From an uncultured Acidobacteriaceae bacterium (GTDB lineage Bacteria > Acidobacteriota > Terriglobia > Terriglobales > Acidobacteriaceae), in contig CAVUYH010000012.1 in NCBI GenBank assembly GCA_963745685.1, positions 82,808 through 146,807 of the forward strand: a DNA stretch of 64,000 nucleotides. Reading direction: 5' to 3'. Numbering within the stretch: the first letter of the stretch is position 1; the number at the start of each line of letters is the position of its first letter. Below the pieces are notes generated by a model. It ran no database searches, was not told where the DNA came from, and saw only the letters and a list, made by a program, of their open reading frames with translations. The translations under genes were made by a program, and so were the position numbers. Below are positions 1 to 9,640 of the stretch, piece by piece.

Positions 1-255
1 CATGAGCAGAATTTCGGTTTCCGGCGGTATGGGCAGCGGTTCCAGGAGGTGCTCAAAACCCTGGGCGGCAAAGACGCAGGTGATCAGCAGACCGGCGTTC
101 AACGCTTCTTCGATGAGATTGGGGCCCTCAATGCCGGCCAGACCGTGGCCCTCGCGACCGGGAAAAGCGAGGGCCCGGCGCAGTTCTTTCAGGCGCGCGT
201 TCTGCTTACTTTGTACAATGCGAACAGGCATCAGTGGTGGACCAAAACGTACTGA
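1..255 (+). CDS. 3' end of a hypothetical protein (truncated by window edge)
   Basis: Frame 1 is open from base 1 (HEQNFGFRRYGQRFQEVLKTLGG...) to TGA at 253-255; family not recognised. Confidence 0.6.
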   Translation, partial: HEQNFGFRRYGQRFQEVLKTLGGKDAGDQQTGVQRFFDEIGALNAGQTVALATGKSEGPAQFFQARVLLTLYNANRHQWWTKTY

Positions 256-399
256 GCCGATTCTATGCCGTTTTGCCATTATGAGGCAGACCTGCCGGGA
301 AGTTGTCCGGGTAGCTGCACTGCAACTTGCACCATGGCTGGTGCTGTGATAGTTTCCGTCTTTACAGCGTCTCCAATTCGGCTCTTAAGGCAGGCCTGA

Positions 400-1044
400 T
401 TGTCCGCGGAAATTTTACGCGTCCATCCCGACGAACCTCAACCGGACCGGATCGATTACATCGTCTCCTGCCTGCTGCAGGGCGATGTTGTCGCGCTGCC
501 GACCGACACGTTTTACGGTCTGGCCGTAGACCCGGTGAACCTGTACGCGGTTGAGCAAATTTACAAAATCAAGACCCGCCAGAAACATAAGCCGCTGTCG
601 CTGCTGATTTCGAGCTTGTCGCAGGCTTACGAGCTGGCGCGGGACACCGATCCGTTGCTGGACAAGCTGGCAGACCGCTTCTGGCCCGGGCCGCTGACAA
701 TTATTGTCCGTGCCGGCACAAAACTGCCGCTGCGTTCTACGGCGAACACGGGCAATGTGGCGCTGAGGATTCCGGATTCGGCAATTCCGCGAGCGGTGGT
801 GGATAAATTGGGCTTGCCCATTACGGCCACTTCGGCAAATCTGCAGGGAGCCGCGGAGTGCACCCATGCGGCGGCTGTTCGTGACCAGATTGGCGACCGC
901 ATTCCGCTGATTATTGACGGCGGCCCGACCGGGCGCGCCGCGCCCACCACAATCATCGATCTTTCCCTGGGCCCCGGCCGATGGGAGATTCTGCGCGAGG
1001 GCGCCATTCCCACGTATGAGATTGTGATGGTATTGCAGCGCTAG
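400..1044 (+). CDS. tsaC: L-threonylcarbamoyladenylate synthase (YrdC/TsaC, single domain)
   Basis: VALPTDTFYGL, KPLSLLI, FWPGPLT and ITATSAN motifs; 214 aa; TTG start. Confidence 0.93.
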   Translation: MSAEILRVHPDEPQPDRIDYIVSCLLQGDVVALPTDTFYGLAVDPVNLYAVEQIYKIKTRQKHKPLSLLISSLSQAYELARDTDPLLDKLADRFWPGPLTIIVRAGTKLPLRSTANTGNVALRIPDSAIPRAVVDKLGLPITATSANLQGAAECTHAAAVRDQIGDRIPLIIDGGPTGRAAPTTIIDLSLGPGRWEILREGAIPTYEIVMVLQR

Positions 1045-1246
1045 CTGGCTGCAGCGTTAGCTGGCCGTGGCGATAGTTGATTTCAGCGACTACTGACTGC
1101 AACACATTACCATTGACGGCACGAGTGTGACCGGGGACAAAGAAAGAACGGCATCAGCAGTTCTGTCGTCGACGGCTAATCCAGCGTCCGCTGATGGCGG
1201 TGAGATGGTTTCGCGGTCACAGCCCCAGGGGGCTCGTGAGTCTAAG

Positions 1247-1879
1247 ATGATGGCCATGACGATCCCAGCCGGTATGAAACCGCGTTCCCGGAAACTGCGG
1301 GGGCTGCTGGTACTGCTGCTTCTCCTGGCGGCCATTGCTGCCGCGGGGTGGTGCCGCTGGGTCTATGTGCAGATTGAGTCTTATGCCAACCAGGACCAGG
1401 CTGCGCCATCGGATGCGATCGGCGTGTTTGGCGCGGCGGAGTACGACGGGCGGCCGTCGCCGGTGTACCGGGCCAGGCTGGATCGCGCGTTTCAACTCTA
1501 CAAGCGCGGGATTGCCCCGCTGATCATTACGCTGGGTGGCGCTGGCGGAGATGCCTACTCTGAAGGCGGCGTGGGGCGTCAGTACCTGATCGGCAAAGGC
1601 GTGCCGGAGCAGGAGATTATTGCCGAGACACAGAGCCGCAATACGGAAGAGTCTGCGAAGCGCATTGCCGTGATTGCCCGAACCAACGGGCTGCGCAGGC
1701 TGGTGATTGTGAGCGACGGAACCCACCTGTTCCGTATCCACGAAATTTGCGCGGCTGAGGGGCTGAACGTGCTGACGTCGCCGCGGCCCGTGGTGCCGGT
1801 GGAAGGCGGCGTGAGCGAGTTCGACCGGATTCTGCATGAAATGCTGAGTTACACGGCGTGGCGGATGCACGTGCATTGA
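1247..1879 (+). CDS. YdcF/DUF218 family protein with N-terminal membrane anchor
   Basis: Hydrophobic N-terminus, DAIGVFGAA, SRNTEESA and IVSDGTHLFR motifs; ATG at 1247 preferred over the longer ORF start at 1127. Confidence 0.85.
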   Translation: MMAMTIPAGMKPRSRKLRGLLVLLLLLAAIAAAGWCRWVYVQIESYANQDQAAPSDAIGVFGAAEYDGRPSPVYRARLDRAFQLYKRGIAPLIITLGGAGGDAYSEGGVGRQYLIGKGVPEQEIIAETQSRNTEESAKRIAVIARTNGLRRLVIVSDGTHLFRIHEICAAEGLNVLTSPRPVVPVEGGVSEFDRILHEMLSYTAWRMHVH

Positions 1880-1887
1880 AGCAGCGG

Positions 1888-1931
1888 GTTAGCCGCGCTG
1901 GGCGCACGTCAGCGAGTTAGCAAGTTAGCGA
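1888..1931 (+). repeat. Octamer array (GTTAGCRA type)
   Basis: GTTAGCCGCGCT, then GTCAGCGA GTTAGCAA GTTAGCGA. Confidence 0.7.
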
Positions 1932-1965
1932 CACTACGCGTCAGGCTGCCTGACTTGCTTCATCG

Positions 1966-2880
1966 CTAGTGCACGATCCCATGAAGCGGCGGTACTGGCG
2001 GGGGTGGTCGCATTGTGGCCAGGACGAGGATGGCGAAGACTGCGGCGGCGGCTGTCGAAAGGAAATTGACGGCGTCGTTGTTGAGCCAGCTAATTTTCTC
2101 AAGCGTGGCTCCCAGCAGGCTGTCGAAGAACAGGCCGAAGACGCCGCCGGCACAACTCAATATAAGCATTGTGCGGTCGCCGCTGAGCGCCCAGGTTCCG
2201 GCAGCGGCTACCAGTGCTGCGGCGATGATACCGGCCAGCGTGCCGGCGAGAGTGACGGCGCCGTCTGTGCCGGGATCGACTTTGCGCAGCGTTGTGATCA
2301 TGCGCGGGCTGCCTCCGAAGACCTGACCAATCTCGGATGAAGCTGTGTCCGCGGCTGCCTCAGCCAATGCGGCCAGGGCAATTGTAAAGAGCGGCGCGGG
2401 TATGAGCGTGGTGTTTGCAAAGCCGTGCGAATCGATGAGCCAGGACTGGAAGAACTCGCTCGACGCAATGGCGGCTACCCCGAGATTGGCAGCTACCTGC
2501 GAGGGGGATCGGCCGCGCTTGCTTTCAGCCCTGCCGAGGCGCTCCTTCTTGTGGCGGCCGAGCTTGGTTGTGACAAAAGTGATGGCAACTACCGCGAGCA
2601 CCGGAATAAAAGCAGTGTGCCAGGGCAGGTACGGAAAGTAGGTGCTGGAGAACATGAGGCTGGCGAGGATGGCCGCGCCGGTGAATGCAGCCCACGGTGT
2701 AGCCGCATGGAGTTTCCATGTGACGAGGCCAAAGAGCGCGGCGAGACCGAGCGTCCAGATGGCGACGGGAGCCGACTGCAGGCTCCACCAATGAGCTTCA
2801 AGCAAGACGTGCGCGCCTATTCCCGGCAGGACGGCGAGAAGAACCAACTTGGATTGCCAGCGCAGATCTGTTTGGGCCAC
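1966..2880 (-). CDS. DUF92 (TMEM19-like) membrane protein
   Basis: Multiple TM segments; RSPSQVAANLG, AEAAADTASSEIG, PGTDGAVT and DSLLGATLE motifs. Confidence 0.88.
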   Translation of the reverse strand: MAQTDLRWQSKLVLLAVLPGIGAHVLLEAHWWSLQSAPVAIWTLGLAALFGLVTWKLHAATPWAAFTGAAILASLMFSSTYFPYLPWHTAFIPVLAVVAITFVTTKLGRHKKERLGRAESKRGRSPSQVAANLGVAAIASSEFFQSWLIDSHGFANTTLIPAPLFTIALAALAEAAADTASSEIGQVFGGSPRMITTLRKVDPGTDGAVTLAGTLAGIIAAALVAAAGTWALSGDRTMLILSCAGGVFGLFFDSLLGATLEKISWLNNDAVNFLSTAAAAVFAILVLATMRPPPPVPPLHGIVH

Positions 2881-2960
2881 GATTCATCGTAACCTGACCG
2901 GAATCGCCCGCAACGGGATCGCCGCGAGAGGTAGAGGTAGCGATGCCGGCTGGGTTTAAC

Positions 2961-2975
2961 AATCACGTTGTGATT
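2961..2975. promoter_or_regulatory. Inverted repeat AATCAC-GTT-GTGATT, putative operator between divergent DUF92 and GH genes
   Basis: Perfect 6-3-6 palindrome overlapping a possible -35 (TTGTGA 2968-2973) with TAGTAT at 2990-2995. Confidence 0.35.
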
Positions 2976-3111
2976 ATTGACGCCTGGGATAGTATTGTTG
3001 GTGCTCTTCGCTCAGGTTCTCTCTTGAACTGTGCGTTGGGCTGTCTTCGCTGAAGAACTTGTACTGGAACGTCAGCATTAAACGCTGGGTCGAATCGATC
3101 CTGAGGACGCC

Positions 3112-4371
3112 ATGAAAACGAAACATTTTGCTATCGCGCTTCTTGTTGCTTCAATTGCGTTGCCAGTGGCAGCGCAACGCCGCGTGCCGAAGGACCTGAG
3201 CGGCGTGCGGGGATTCAATTATCAGAGTGCCGAAACCACGGGACACGCTGAGATGTGGGCGCAGTACAATCCGGCGGTCACGGAGCGCGACCTGGATTAT
3301 GCCAAGCGGCTTAACCTGAATCAGATTCGCGTGTTTGTGCCATATGCGGCGTGGGAGCACGACAAGGAAGGACTGAGACGCGATTTGCAGCACTTTGTGC
3401 GCGCCGCGCACGCGCGCGGCATGGGCGTGATGCCGACGATGATGTATCGGTTCGGCGAGTTTCGAGACAAATCAAAGTGGGAGAATGCGCGCCCGTTCGT
3501 TACCGATCTGGTGGCCGACATCGGAAAGGAGCCGGGGCTGGAGATATGGGACGTGGAGAACGAGCCCGAGTGCTGCAAGCTGCCGCCCACTCCGGATAAT
3601 CGTCTACGGATGGAACACGCCATGTATATGGCCAAAATGTTTCATGAGATCGACCCGGTAACGCCGGTGACAATTGGTGCGACGTTCGCAGAAAACATGA
3701 TCGAGATGGGCGATGCGGTGGATGTGTTGTCGTTCCACGATTACCTGACGACGCGAGCCGCCATTCGCGCCGACATTGCCAAGGCGAAAGCGTACGCGGC
3801 CAAGGTTGGAAAGCCGCTGATCAACACTGAGATTGCCTGCATTGCCCGCGCAAATCCATATGACGTGGCCATCCAGGAGCACATGGACGCGCACGTCGGC
3901 TGGTACATCTGGGAGCTGATGATTACCGGACAATGGGGCACGGTGCACGGCGTGTTCTATCCGGACGGAACGGTGCGCGATCCTTCGATCGTTGCAGCGC
4001 TGATGGGGTTTTTCCGCAATCGCGGCGAAAAGATTGTTGAGGATGTTCCCGACCGCGAGAACCATCTGACTGAAGCCGTAACGAACAACAAGAAATGGCT
4101 TGCTGATCAGAATGCGGATTGGAATGCCGGTCTCGATCTTGCCGAAGTATCGGTGAACCTGCTGGAGGCCTCGCAACTGATCGCGATGCACGATCTGCCG
4201 TCGCGCAAGGTGATGTTGATGCGGAGCGGCGCGCCGGACTTGCCTGCATTGCGCGCGATGCTGGAAAAGTATACGGCGCTGCTGGAGCCGTACCAACTCG
4301 CTCCCGGTGATCCACGCCGCAGCAGGTCAGGACCGCCTCCGGGCGTGATCCCGGCTGCGCCGAAGAACTGA
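3112..4371 (+). CDS. Secreted clan GH-A glycoside hydrolase (GH5-like)
   Basis: Signal peptide; RGFNY, WDVENEP (acid/base Glu), SFHDY and INTE (nucleophile Glu) motifs. Confidence 0.8.
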   Translation: MKTKHFAIALLVASIALPVAAQRRVPKDLSGVRGFNYQSAETTGHAEMWAQYNPAVTERDLDYAKRLNLNQIRVFVPYAAWEHDKEGLRRDLQHFVRAAHARGMGVMPTMMYRFGEFRDKSKWENARPFVTDLVADIGKEPGLEIWDVENEPECCKLPPTPDNRLRMEHAMYMAKMFHEIDPVTPVTIGATFAENMIEMGDAVDVLSFHDYLTTRAAIRADIAKAKAYAAKVGKPLINTEIACIARANPYDVAIQEHMDAHVGWYIWELMITGQWGTVHGVFYPDGTVRDPSIVAALMGFFRNRGEKIVEDVPDRENHLTEAVTNNKKWLADQNADWNAGLDLAEVSVNLLEASQLIAMHDLPSRKVMLMRSGAPDLPALRAMLEKYTALLEPYQLAPGDPRRSRSGPPPGVIPAAPKN

Positions 4372-4387
4372 AGCCTTTCAAGCACAG

Positions 4388-4426
4388 AACCCCGCGGCCC
4401 GTGGTGGTTGCGGGGTTTTGCTTTTG
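4388..4426 (+). terminator. Rho-independent terminator
   Basis: AACCCCGCGGCC/GGTTGCGGGGTT stem followed by TTGCTTTTG, just after the GH stop. Confidence 0.7.
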
Positions 4427-4454
4427 TATAATCGCCGCAACCTGCTGAGGGAGA

Positions 4455-5111
4455 TTGCCTTTGAAGCCACGCGGAGCTGTGGGAACCGGAGTGCGGCGGC
4501 GCGGGCGCGAGAACTGGGGCCTTTCGCCTGCGGATATGCGCACATTGCGGTCGCTGAATACTCCGGCGCGCATCCAGAAGTTCGTTGATGCGTTGACTTA
4601 TCAGTACGCCGATACGGCGTGGTCTCCGCAGCGCGTATTGCGCGATCGCAAAGGGCATTGTCTTGAGGGCGCTCTGTTGGCTGCGGCGGCGCTGCGCGTC
4701 AATGGGTATCCGCCGCTGCTGATGGACCTGGAGGCGGTGCATGACGACGATCATGTGCTGGCCATTTATCGCGAGCGCGGGTTGTGGGGAAGCATCGCCA
4801 AGTCGAATTTCGCGGGTCTGCGGTTTCGCGCGCCAATCTATCGTACGTTGCGCGAACTGGCGCTGAGCTATTTTGAAAACTATTACAACCTGCGTGGCGA
4901 GCGCACGTTGCGCGCCTACTCCGTGCCGGTGAACCTGGCGCGGCTGGACGGCAAGCGTTGGATGACGTCGGAAGAGGATGTGTGGTGTGTTACCGATCTG
5001 CTTGTGGATGCAAGGCACTATGCGCTGATGCCCGACAAGGTGGCGCGTCAGCTTCCGCGCGTGGACCGGCGCAGCTTCGAGTCGGGAATGCATGGATGGG
5101 TGAAGCACTGA
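4455..5111 (+). CDS. Conserved hypothetical protein, transglutaminase-like Cys-His type
   Basis: GHCLEGALLAAAAL and DDDHVLAIY motifs (Cys and His candidates); start uncertain. Confidence 0.7.
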   Translation: MPLKPRGAVGTGVRRRGRENWGLSPADMRTLRSLNTPARIQKFVDALTYQYADTAWSPQRVLRDRKGHCLEGALLAAAALRVNGYPPLLMDLEAVHDDDHVLAIYRERGLWGSIAKSNFAGLRFRAPIYRTLRELALSYFENYYNLRGERTLRAYSVPVNLARLDGKRWMTSEEDVWCVTDLLVDARHYALMPDKVARQLPRVDRRSFESGMHGWVKH

Positions 5112-5163
5112 AGGCAGCGGGTTAGAGCGCTGCGCGCGAGTTAGCGAGTTAGCAAGTCAGCAG
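5112..5163 (+). repeat. Octamer array (GTTAGCRA type)
   Basis: AAGGCAGCGGGTTAG..., then GTTAGCGA GTTAGCAA GTCAGCAG. Confidence 0.7.
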
Positions 5164-5165
5164 CG

Positions 5166-6011
5166 CTATTGCGGCTGGCTTCCGTTGTCGAAGTGGATGG
5201 TGGATTCGCTGGCAAAGCGATGGTAGTTCTTGAAGTCGATTCGATTGTCGTACGAGTGCGTGCCGTCTTCCATGTGGACGAGAGAACGTGACGGCAGGGA
5301 GTAATTCTTGCCGGCAATCTGCTGCGGAGCGTATTCGACCTTGCGCTCGACGACATGGATTGGATAATTGAGTGGCATGTCGAATTTGGAGCTGATCTCA
5401 ACTACCTCCATGGACGCGGGATCGACGTAAATTTCACCGGAGTAGGAAACTTGAATCTCTTTGTCGCTGTCTCCGTAAACTATGCTGGTGCCGGCTTCCT
5501 TGGGGACATGAAAACCGAAAACGTCAACGGGGTGGCCGTGCAGTTTCTCTGCGTGTTCCCACGTAAAGGTGGTGTGCGACGCCGGATCGAAGACCTCGGA
5601 GAGAACGCTGCCGAACTCGCCCGCGCTGATGGCTCCGCCCAGACTCAGATGTTCTTTGCCAACCGCCTTTTTGCCGTTGAAGGTCAGGACGTCGTAGCTC
5701 TCCCTGCCACCGACGTAAGTGAGCTGCTCTTCGATGATGTCGCTTGAAAAGCCCATACTGTTTGCCATCGCGGCGATTGGACTCCGGCCTGAAACTCCGG
5801 CGCCAATGTTGCTATCCGGCGTTTTGGAGATGACGCGATGAGTGATCTGCGTACAGATAAAGTCGGGCAGTAGGCGGGTATACTGCAGCGCGGCAGTGCG
5901 CGCCGTCTCGATGACCTTGGACTGGTCAGGGGAGAGCTGCCCGGACTCGGCGGCAAAACTGCTGCGAGCCATGAGCACCAGAGCGACGGTGGCGAATTTA
6001 AGGCAGGTCAC
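5166..6011 (-). CDS. Exported hypothetical protein, paralog 1 of a tandem pair
   Basis: LPDFICTQ, EEQLTYVGG, GEFGS and FDPASHT shared with the adjacent paralog; GTG at 6011 preceded by GGAGG. Confidence 0.8.
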   Translation of the reverse strand: MTCLKFATVALVLMARSSFAAESGQLSPDQSKVIETARTAALQYTRLLPDFICTQITHRVISKTPDSNIGAGVSGRSPIAAMANSMGFSSDIIEEQLTYVGGRESYDVLTFNGKKAVGKEHLSLGGAISAGEFGSVLSEVFDPASHTTFTWEHAEKLHGHPVDVFGFHVPKEAGTSIVYGDSDKEIQVSYSGEIYVDPASMEVVEISSKFDMPLNYPIHVVERKVEYAPQQIAGKNYSLPSRSLVHMEDGTHSYDNRIDFKNYHRFASESTIHFDNGSQPQ

Positions 6012-6107
6012 AAATTCTGCCTCCGCACAACGCCGGAGAGTTGTGTCTGGGTAATAATAGCGCCTTTTGCAGTGAGGCGTGAAGGCGGCGGCCATCACTC
6101 TATGCGG

Positions 6108-6914
6108 TTATTGCGGGTTTTCATTGTCAAAGTGAATCGTGGACTCGGAAGAGAAGTGGTGATAGTTTTTGAAGTCGATCTGGTTGTCATAGACTCGCGT
6201 GCGCTCTTCCAGGTGCACCTCGGAGTGGGCAGGAAGGCAGTACTTCTTGCCGGCGATGTCCTGATCGGCGTATGTGATTTTGCGTGTGACATTCCGGATG
6301 GGGAAAGTGCCCGGCACATCGAGCGTGGAGGAGATTTCAAGAACGTCTTTCGTCTCAGGGTCGATGATTACTTTGCCGGAATAAGAGACGACGATGGCAG
6401 TGTTGGTCGGTTGGTCAATGACGGTGGTGCCGGACTCTTTCGGAACGCGATACTTGAAGGCCCATGCGCGCCGGCCATCTACACGCTCTTCACGGTCCCA
6501 GCTAAAGACGGTGTGTGATGCAGGATCGAAGACCTGCGATGAGAGAGAGCCAAACTCGCCCCAGGAAATGGCACCGGTAAGTTGCCCGTGAACGGCGCTG
6601 GGTGCCACTTTACCGTCCACGGTGAGAACGACGTATCTTTCTTTTCCGCCGACGTAGGTGAGCTGTTCCTCAATGACGTCGCTGGATTGCGGCTGTAAAC
6701 CGATCAAGGTACCGAAAGAAGTGCGAGCCGCAATATCGCGGCGGGTGACCTGCGTGCAAATGAAGTCGGGCAACTTATGCGCATATTGGAGCGCATAAGC
6801 GCGAGTGTCTTCAAGCACGCTCGTTTGGTCGGTGGAGAGTTTCGACGATCCCGCAATGACGGAGATGGGAGCAGCTAGCAAGAGAAGGATCGCGACAACC
6901 TTCAGGCACTTCAC
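6108..6914 (-). CDS. Exported hypothetical protein, paralog 2 of a tandem pair
   Basis: Same conserved blocks, ending FKNYHHFSSESTIHFD; GTG at 6914 preceded by GGAGG. Confidence 0.8.
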   Translation of the reverse strand: MKCLKVVAILLLLAAPISVIAGSSKLSTDQTSVLEDTRAYALQYAHKLPDFICTQVTRRDIAARTSFGTLIGLQPQSSDVIEEQLTYVGGKERYVVLTVDGKVAPSAVHGQLTGAISWGEFGSLSSQVFDPASHTVFSWDREERVDGRRAWAFKYRVPKESGTTVIDQPTNTAIVVSYSGKVIIDPETKDVLEISSTLDVPGTFPIRNVTRKITYADQDIAGKKYCLPAHSEVHLEERTRVYDNQIDFKNYHHFSSESTIHFDNENPQ

Positions 6915-7075
6915 GAATTCCGCCTCCCCAAACGTTGTGAAAATATCGTCCGCGCCATAATAGTCCATTTTGGTCAAAACGCATGGGGCGCCAATGCGGC
7001 GAGCAGGCCTTTTGTAGTAAAAGAGCTAACGTACGTGGCGTTTGTATTGAAGGTCGCCGCTAAGCGGGGTGAGAG

Positions 7076-9445
7076 ATGCATCGGAACCGAATTGCATTTG
7101 CCGTTTTTATTGCCATTATTTCTGTCGTTGTGTCAGTTCAGGGCCAAAGGTCTGTACAGCAGAAGGTGATCGAACGAAGGGGCCAGACGATTGTTCTTGA
7201 GCCGTACGCGCCGAACATCGTGCGTGTCACGCTCAGTCTGCAGCCGGAACCCGCGAAAGCAGCGCCGGGCTTTGGAATTGTTGCCAAGCCCGCGGATGCA
7301 GGATGGAAATCGAGCCAGACAGAAGAGGCAGATGTGTACTCAAGCGACCGCATGACGGTGACGGTGGACAGGCCGCGTCCCAGCGGCAGGCCGCGTGTGC
7401 AGACGCAGGTGGACATTAGCAAATACTTCAACGGGTCGACGCCCGGCGCGCACATCACGTTTACCACTCCGGACGGCGGGACGCTGCTGGAGATGAAGGG
7501 GTGGTCACAGGCCGTTCCGAACCATAAAGACGGTACGGCGCTCCTGGAGTACCAGCGGCGGCCGAGCGATCCGGCTTTTTATACGGTCGGCGCAACCTTT
7601 GCTTCGCCCGATGACGAGCACTATTACGGACTCGGCCAGAATCAAGAGGGCTTCCTCGATCATCGTGGACACGCGGTGCGGTGCTGGAACGACTACCTGG
7701 CAACGGCGGGGCCGAGCTATTGTATTCCATTCATGGTGACCAACAAAGGCTACGGGGTGCTGTGGGACAATCCGTCGCGCACCACGATCGAACCGGGATT
7801 CAACGAAGAGACGCGCTGGAAATCGGAAGTCGGCGAGCGCGTTTCGTTTTTCGTGATTGCCGGAAAGACGAGCGACGAAATCTTCGCCGGATATCGCTTG
7901 CTGACCGGGCCCGCTCCAATGCTGCCCAAAGCAGCGTATGGATACATCCAGTGCAAGCAGCGCTACGCGAGCCAGGACGAATTGCTTGCCGTAGCGAAGG
8001 GATATCGCGAGCGCCATTTGCCGGCGGACGTGCTGGTGGTGGACTGGTTCTATTACACCAAGATGGGGCAGATGGATCTGGACCCGAAGTTCTGGCCCGA
8101 TCCGAAAGGGATGAATAAGAAGCTGCACGAAATGGGATACGAAACCATGATCAGCGTGTGGCCGCGCTTTGTGCCTGAGTCTCGGTATTATGCGGAGCTA
8201 AAGGACAAGGGCTGGTTCATTCATCTGGCGGACGGTACGCCTATCAATGGGCTGCCGTACGACCGCGCGGGTTCGGACATCGATACCACAAACCCTGATG
8301 CGGCGAAGTGGTACTGGAATACGATCCGCGACAACATTTTGAGCCAGGGTTTCGACTCTCTGTGGGCGGACGAGACAGAGCCGGACCTGCCGCCGGATGG
8401 CGCCTATTTCCACGTTGGGCCGGGAACCCAGTTTTTCAATGTGTATCCGCTGTTTCACGTAGGGGCGCTCTACGACGGCTTCCGGCGTGACGAACCGGCA
8501 AAGCGGGCGCTGATTCTTTCGCGCGACGCTTACCTGGGAGTGCAAAGCAAGGGCGCCATCGTGTGGTCGTCGGATATCCATCCGACGTGGGACACATTGC
8601 GGCGGCAGATTGCCACCGGGCTGGACGTGACGGCATCGGGCATTCCGTACTGGTCAAACGACACCGGCGGATGGCAGTATCTACCGGCTGTGCACAAACC
8701 GGCGCGGAAGCCGCTGCTTGACCCGGAGGACGCGCGCGCTACTGTGGGCGGATACGACGATTATCCGGAGCTGTATACACGCTGGTTCCAGTACGCCACG
8801 TTTCTGCCGATTTTCCGGACGCACGGCAGTCGGCCCGCGAATGAGGTTTGGTCGTACGGAAAGCAGGCGGAGCCGATTCTGGAAAAGTACCTTCGCCTGC
8901 GTTATGAGCTGATGCCTTACATCTACTCGCTTGGTTACCGCACGTGGATGACGGGCGCGCCGATCATGCGTGCCTTGCCGCTGGATTTCGCGGGCGACGC
9001 CAAGGTTGCCGATATTCGAGATGAGTATATGTTGGGCCCGGCGTTCCTGGTGGCTCCGGTGACGGAGCAGGGTACGACGAGCAGAGATGTTTATCTGCCG
9101 GCGGGAACCGACTGGTACAACTGGTGGACCGGTGAGCGCGTAAAAGGCGGCCAAACGATTGCTGTGGCGGCGCCAATCGATACCATTCCGCTGTTTGTGC
9201 GGGCGGGGTCAATTGTGCCGCTGGGCAGCGCAGTTGAAAGCACGCACGAGAAGCAGACGATTGCGAAGCTGAGGGTGTTTCCGGGCGCGGATGCCGACTT
9301 TACCTTGTTTGACGACGATGGGAGCACCTACGCGTATGAAAATGGCGGTGGTACGGTAACCCGTCTGCACTGGGACGAGGCAGGACAACGGCTAACCAGT
9401 AACGGAGCGGCGGTGGAAGCTGGGCTCCTGGAGGTCGCGAAGTAG
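7076..9445 (+). CDS. Glycoside hydrolase family 31 (alpha-xylosidase/glucosidase-like), secreted
   Basis: Signal peptide; LVVDWFYY, LWADETEPD (nucleophile Asp), WSNDTGG, RWFQYATFLPIFRTHG and IPLFVRAGSI motifs. Confidence 0.92.
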   Translation: MHRNRIAFAVFIAIISVVVSVQGQRSVQQKVIERRGQTIVLEPYAPNIVRVTLSLQPEPAKAAPGFGIVAKPADAGWKSSQTEEADVYSSDRMTVTVDRPRPSGRPRVQTQVDISKYFNGSTPGAHITFTTPDGGTLLEMKGWSQAVPNHKDGTALLEYQRRPSDPAFYTVGATFASPDDEHYYGLGQNQEGFLDHRGHAVRCWNDYLATAGPSYCIPFMVTNKGYGVLWDNPSRTTIEPGFNEETRWKSEVGERVSFFVIAGKTSDEIFAGYRLLTGPAPMLPKAAYGYIQCKQRYASQDELLAVAKGYRERHLPADVLVVDWFYYTKMGQMDLDPKFWPDPKGMNKKLHEMGYETMISVWPRFVPESRYYAELKDKGWFIHLADGTPINGLPYDRAGSDIDTTNPDAAKWYWNTIRDNILSQGFDSLWADETEPDLPPDGAYFHVGPGTQFFNVYPLFHVGALYDGFRRDEPAKRALILSRDAYLGVQSKGAIVWSSDIHPTWDTLRRQIATGLDVTASGIPYWSNDTGGWQYLPAVHKPARKPLLDPEDARATVGGYDDYPELYTRWFQYATFLPIFRTHGSRPANEVWSYGKQAEPILEKYLRLRYELMPYIYSLGYRTWMTGAPIMRALPLDFAGDAKVADIRDEYMLGPAFLVAPVTEQGTTSRDVYLPAGTDWYNWWTGERVKGGQTIAVAAPIDTIPLFVRAGSIVPLGSAVESTHEKQTIAKLRVFPGADADFTLFDDDGSTYAYENGGGTVTRLHWDEAGQRLTSNGAAVEAGLLEVAK

Positions 9446-9640
9446 CGAGTCGGCAGGCCAGCAAATCAGCCAAGCCAGTGGGTCAGCGGGCCAGCGCTCG
9501 GGGGTGATACCGGAGTACCTCCGCGCCGCGTCTAAAGGACATACGCGCATGGAGTTGCTGACTGAGCGCTGACGGGACCGATGCGTGCTTTTGCCCGGTC
9601 CGGCTGATTTACAATCTGAAAGTAAGCAGGAAAGATCTGA

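Noticed and set aside
2926-2960. Lysine riboswitch (AGAGGTAGAGGTAGCG start)
   Set aside because: Only the first few bases resemble it; the downstream helices are absent and the next gene is a glycoside hydrolase.
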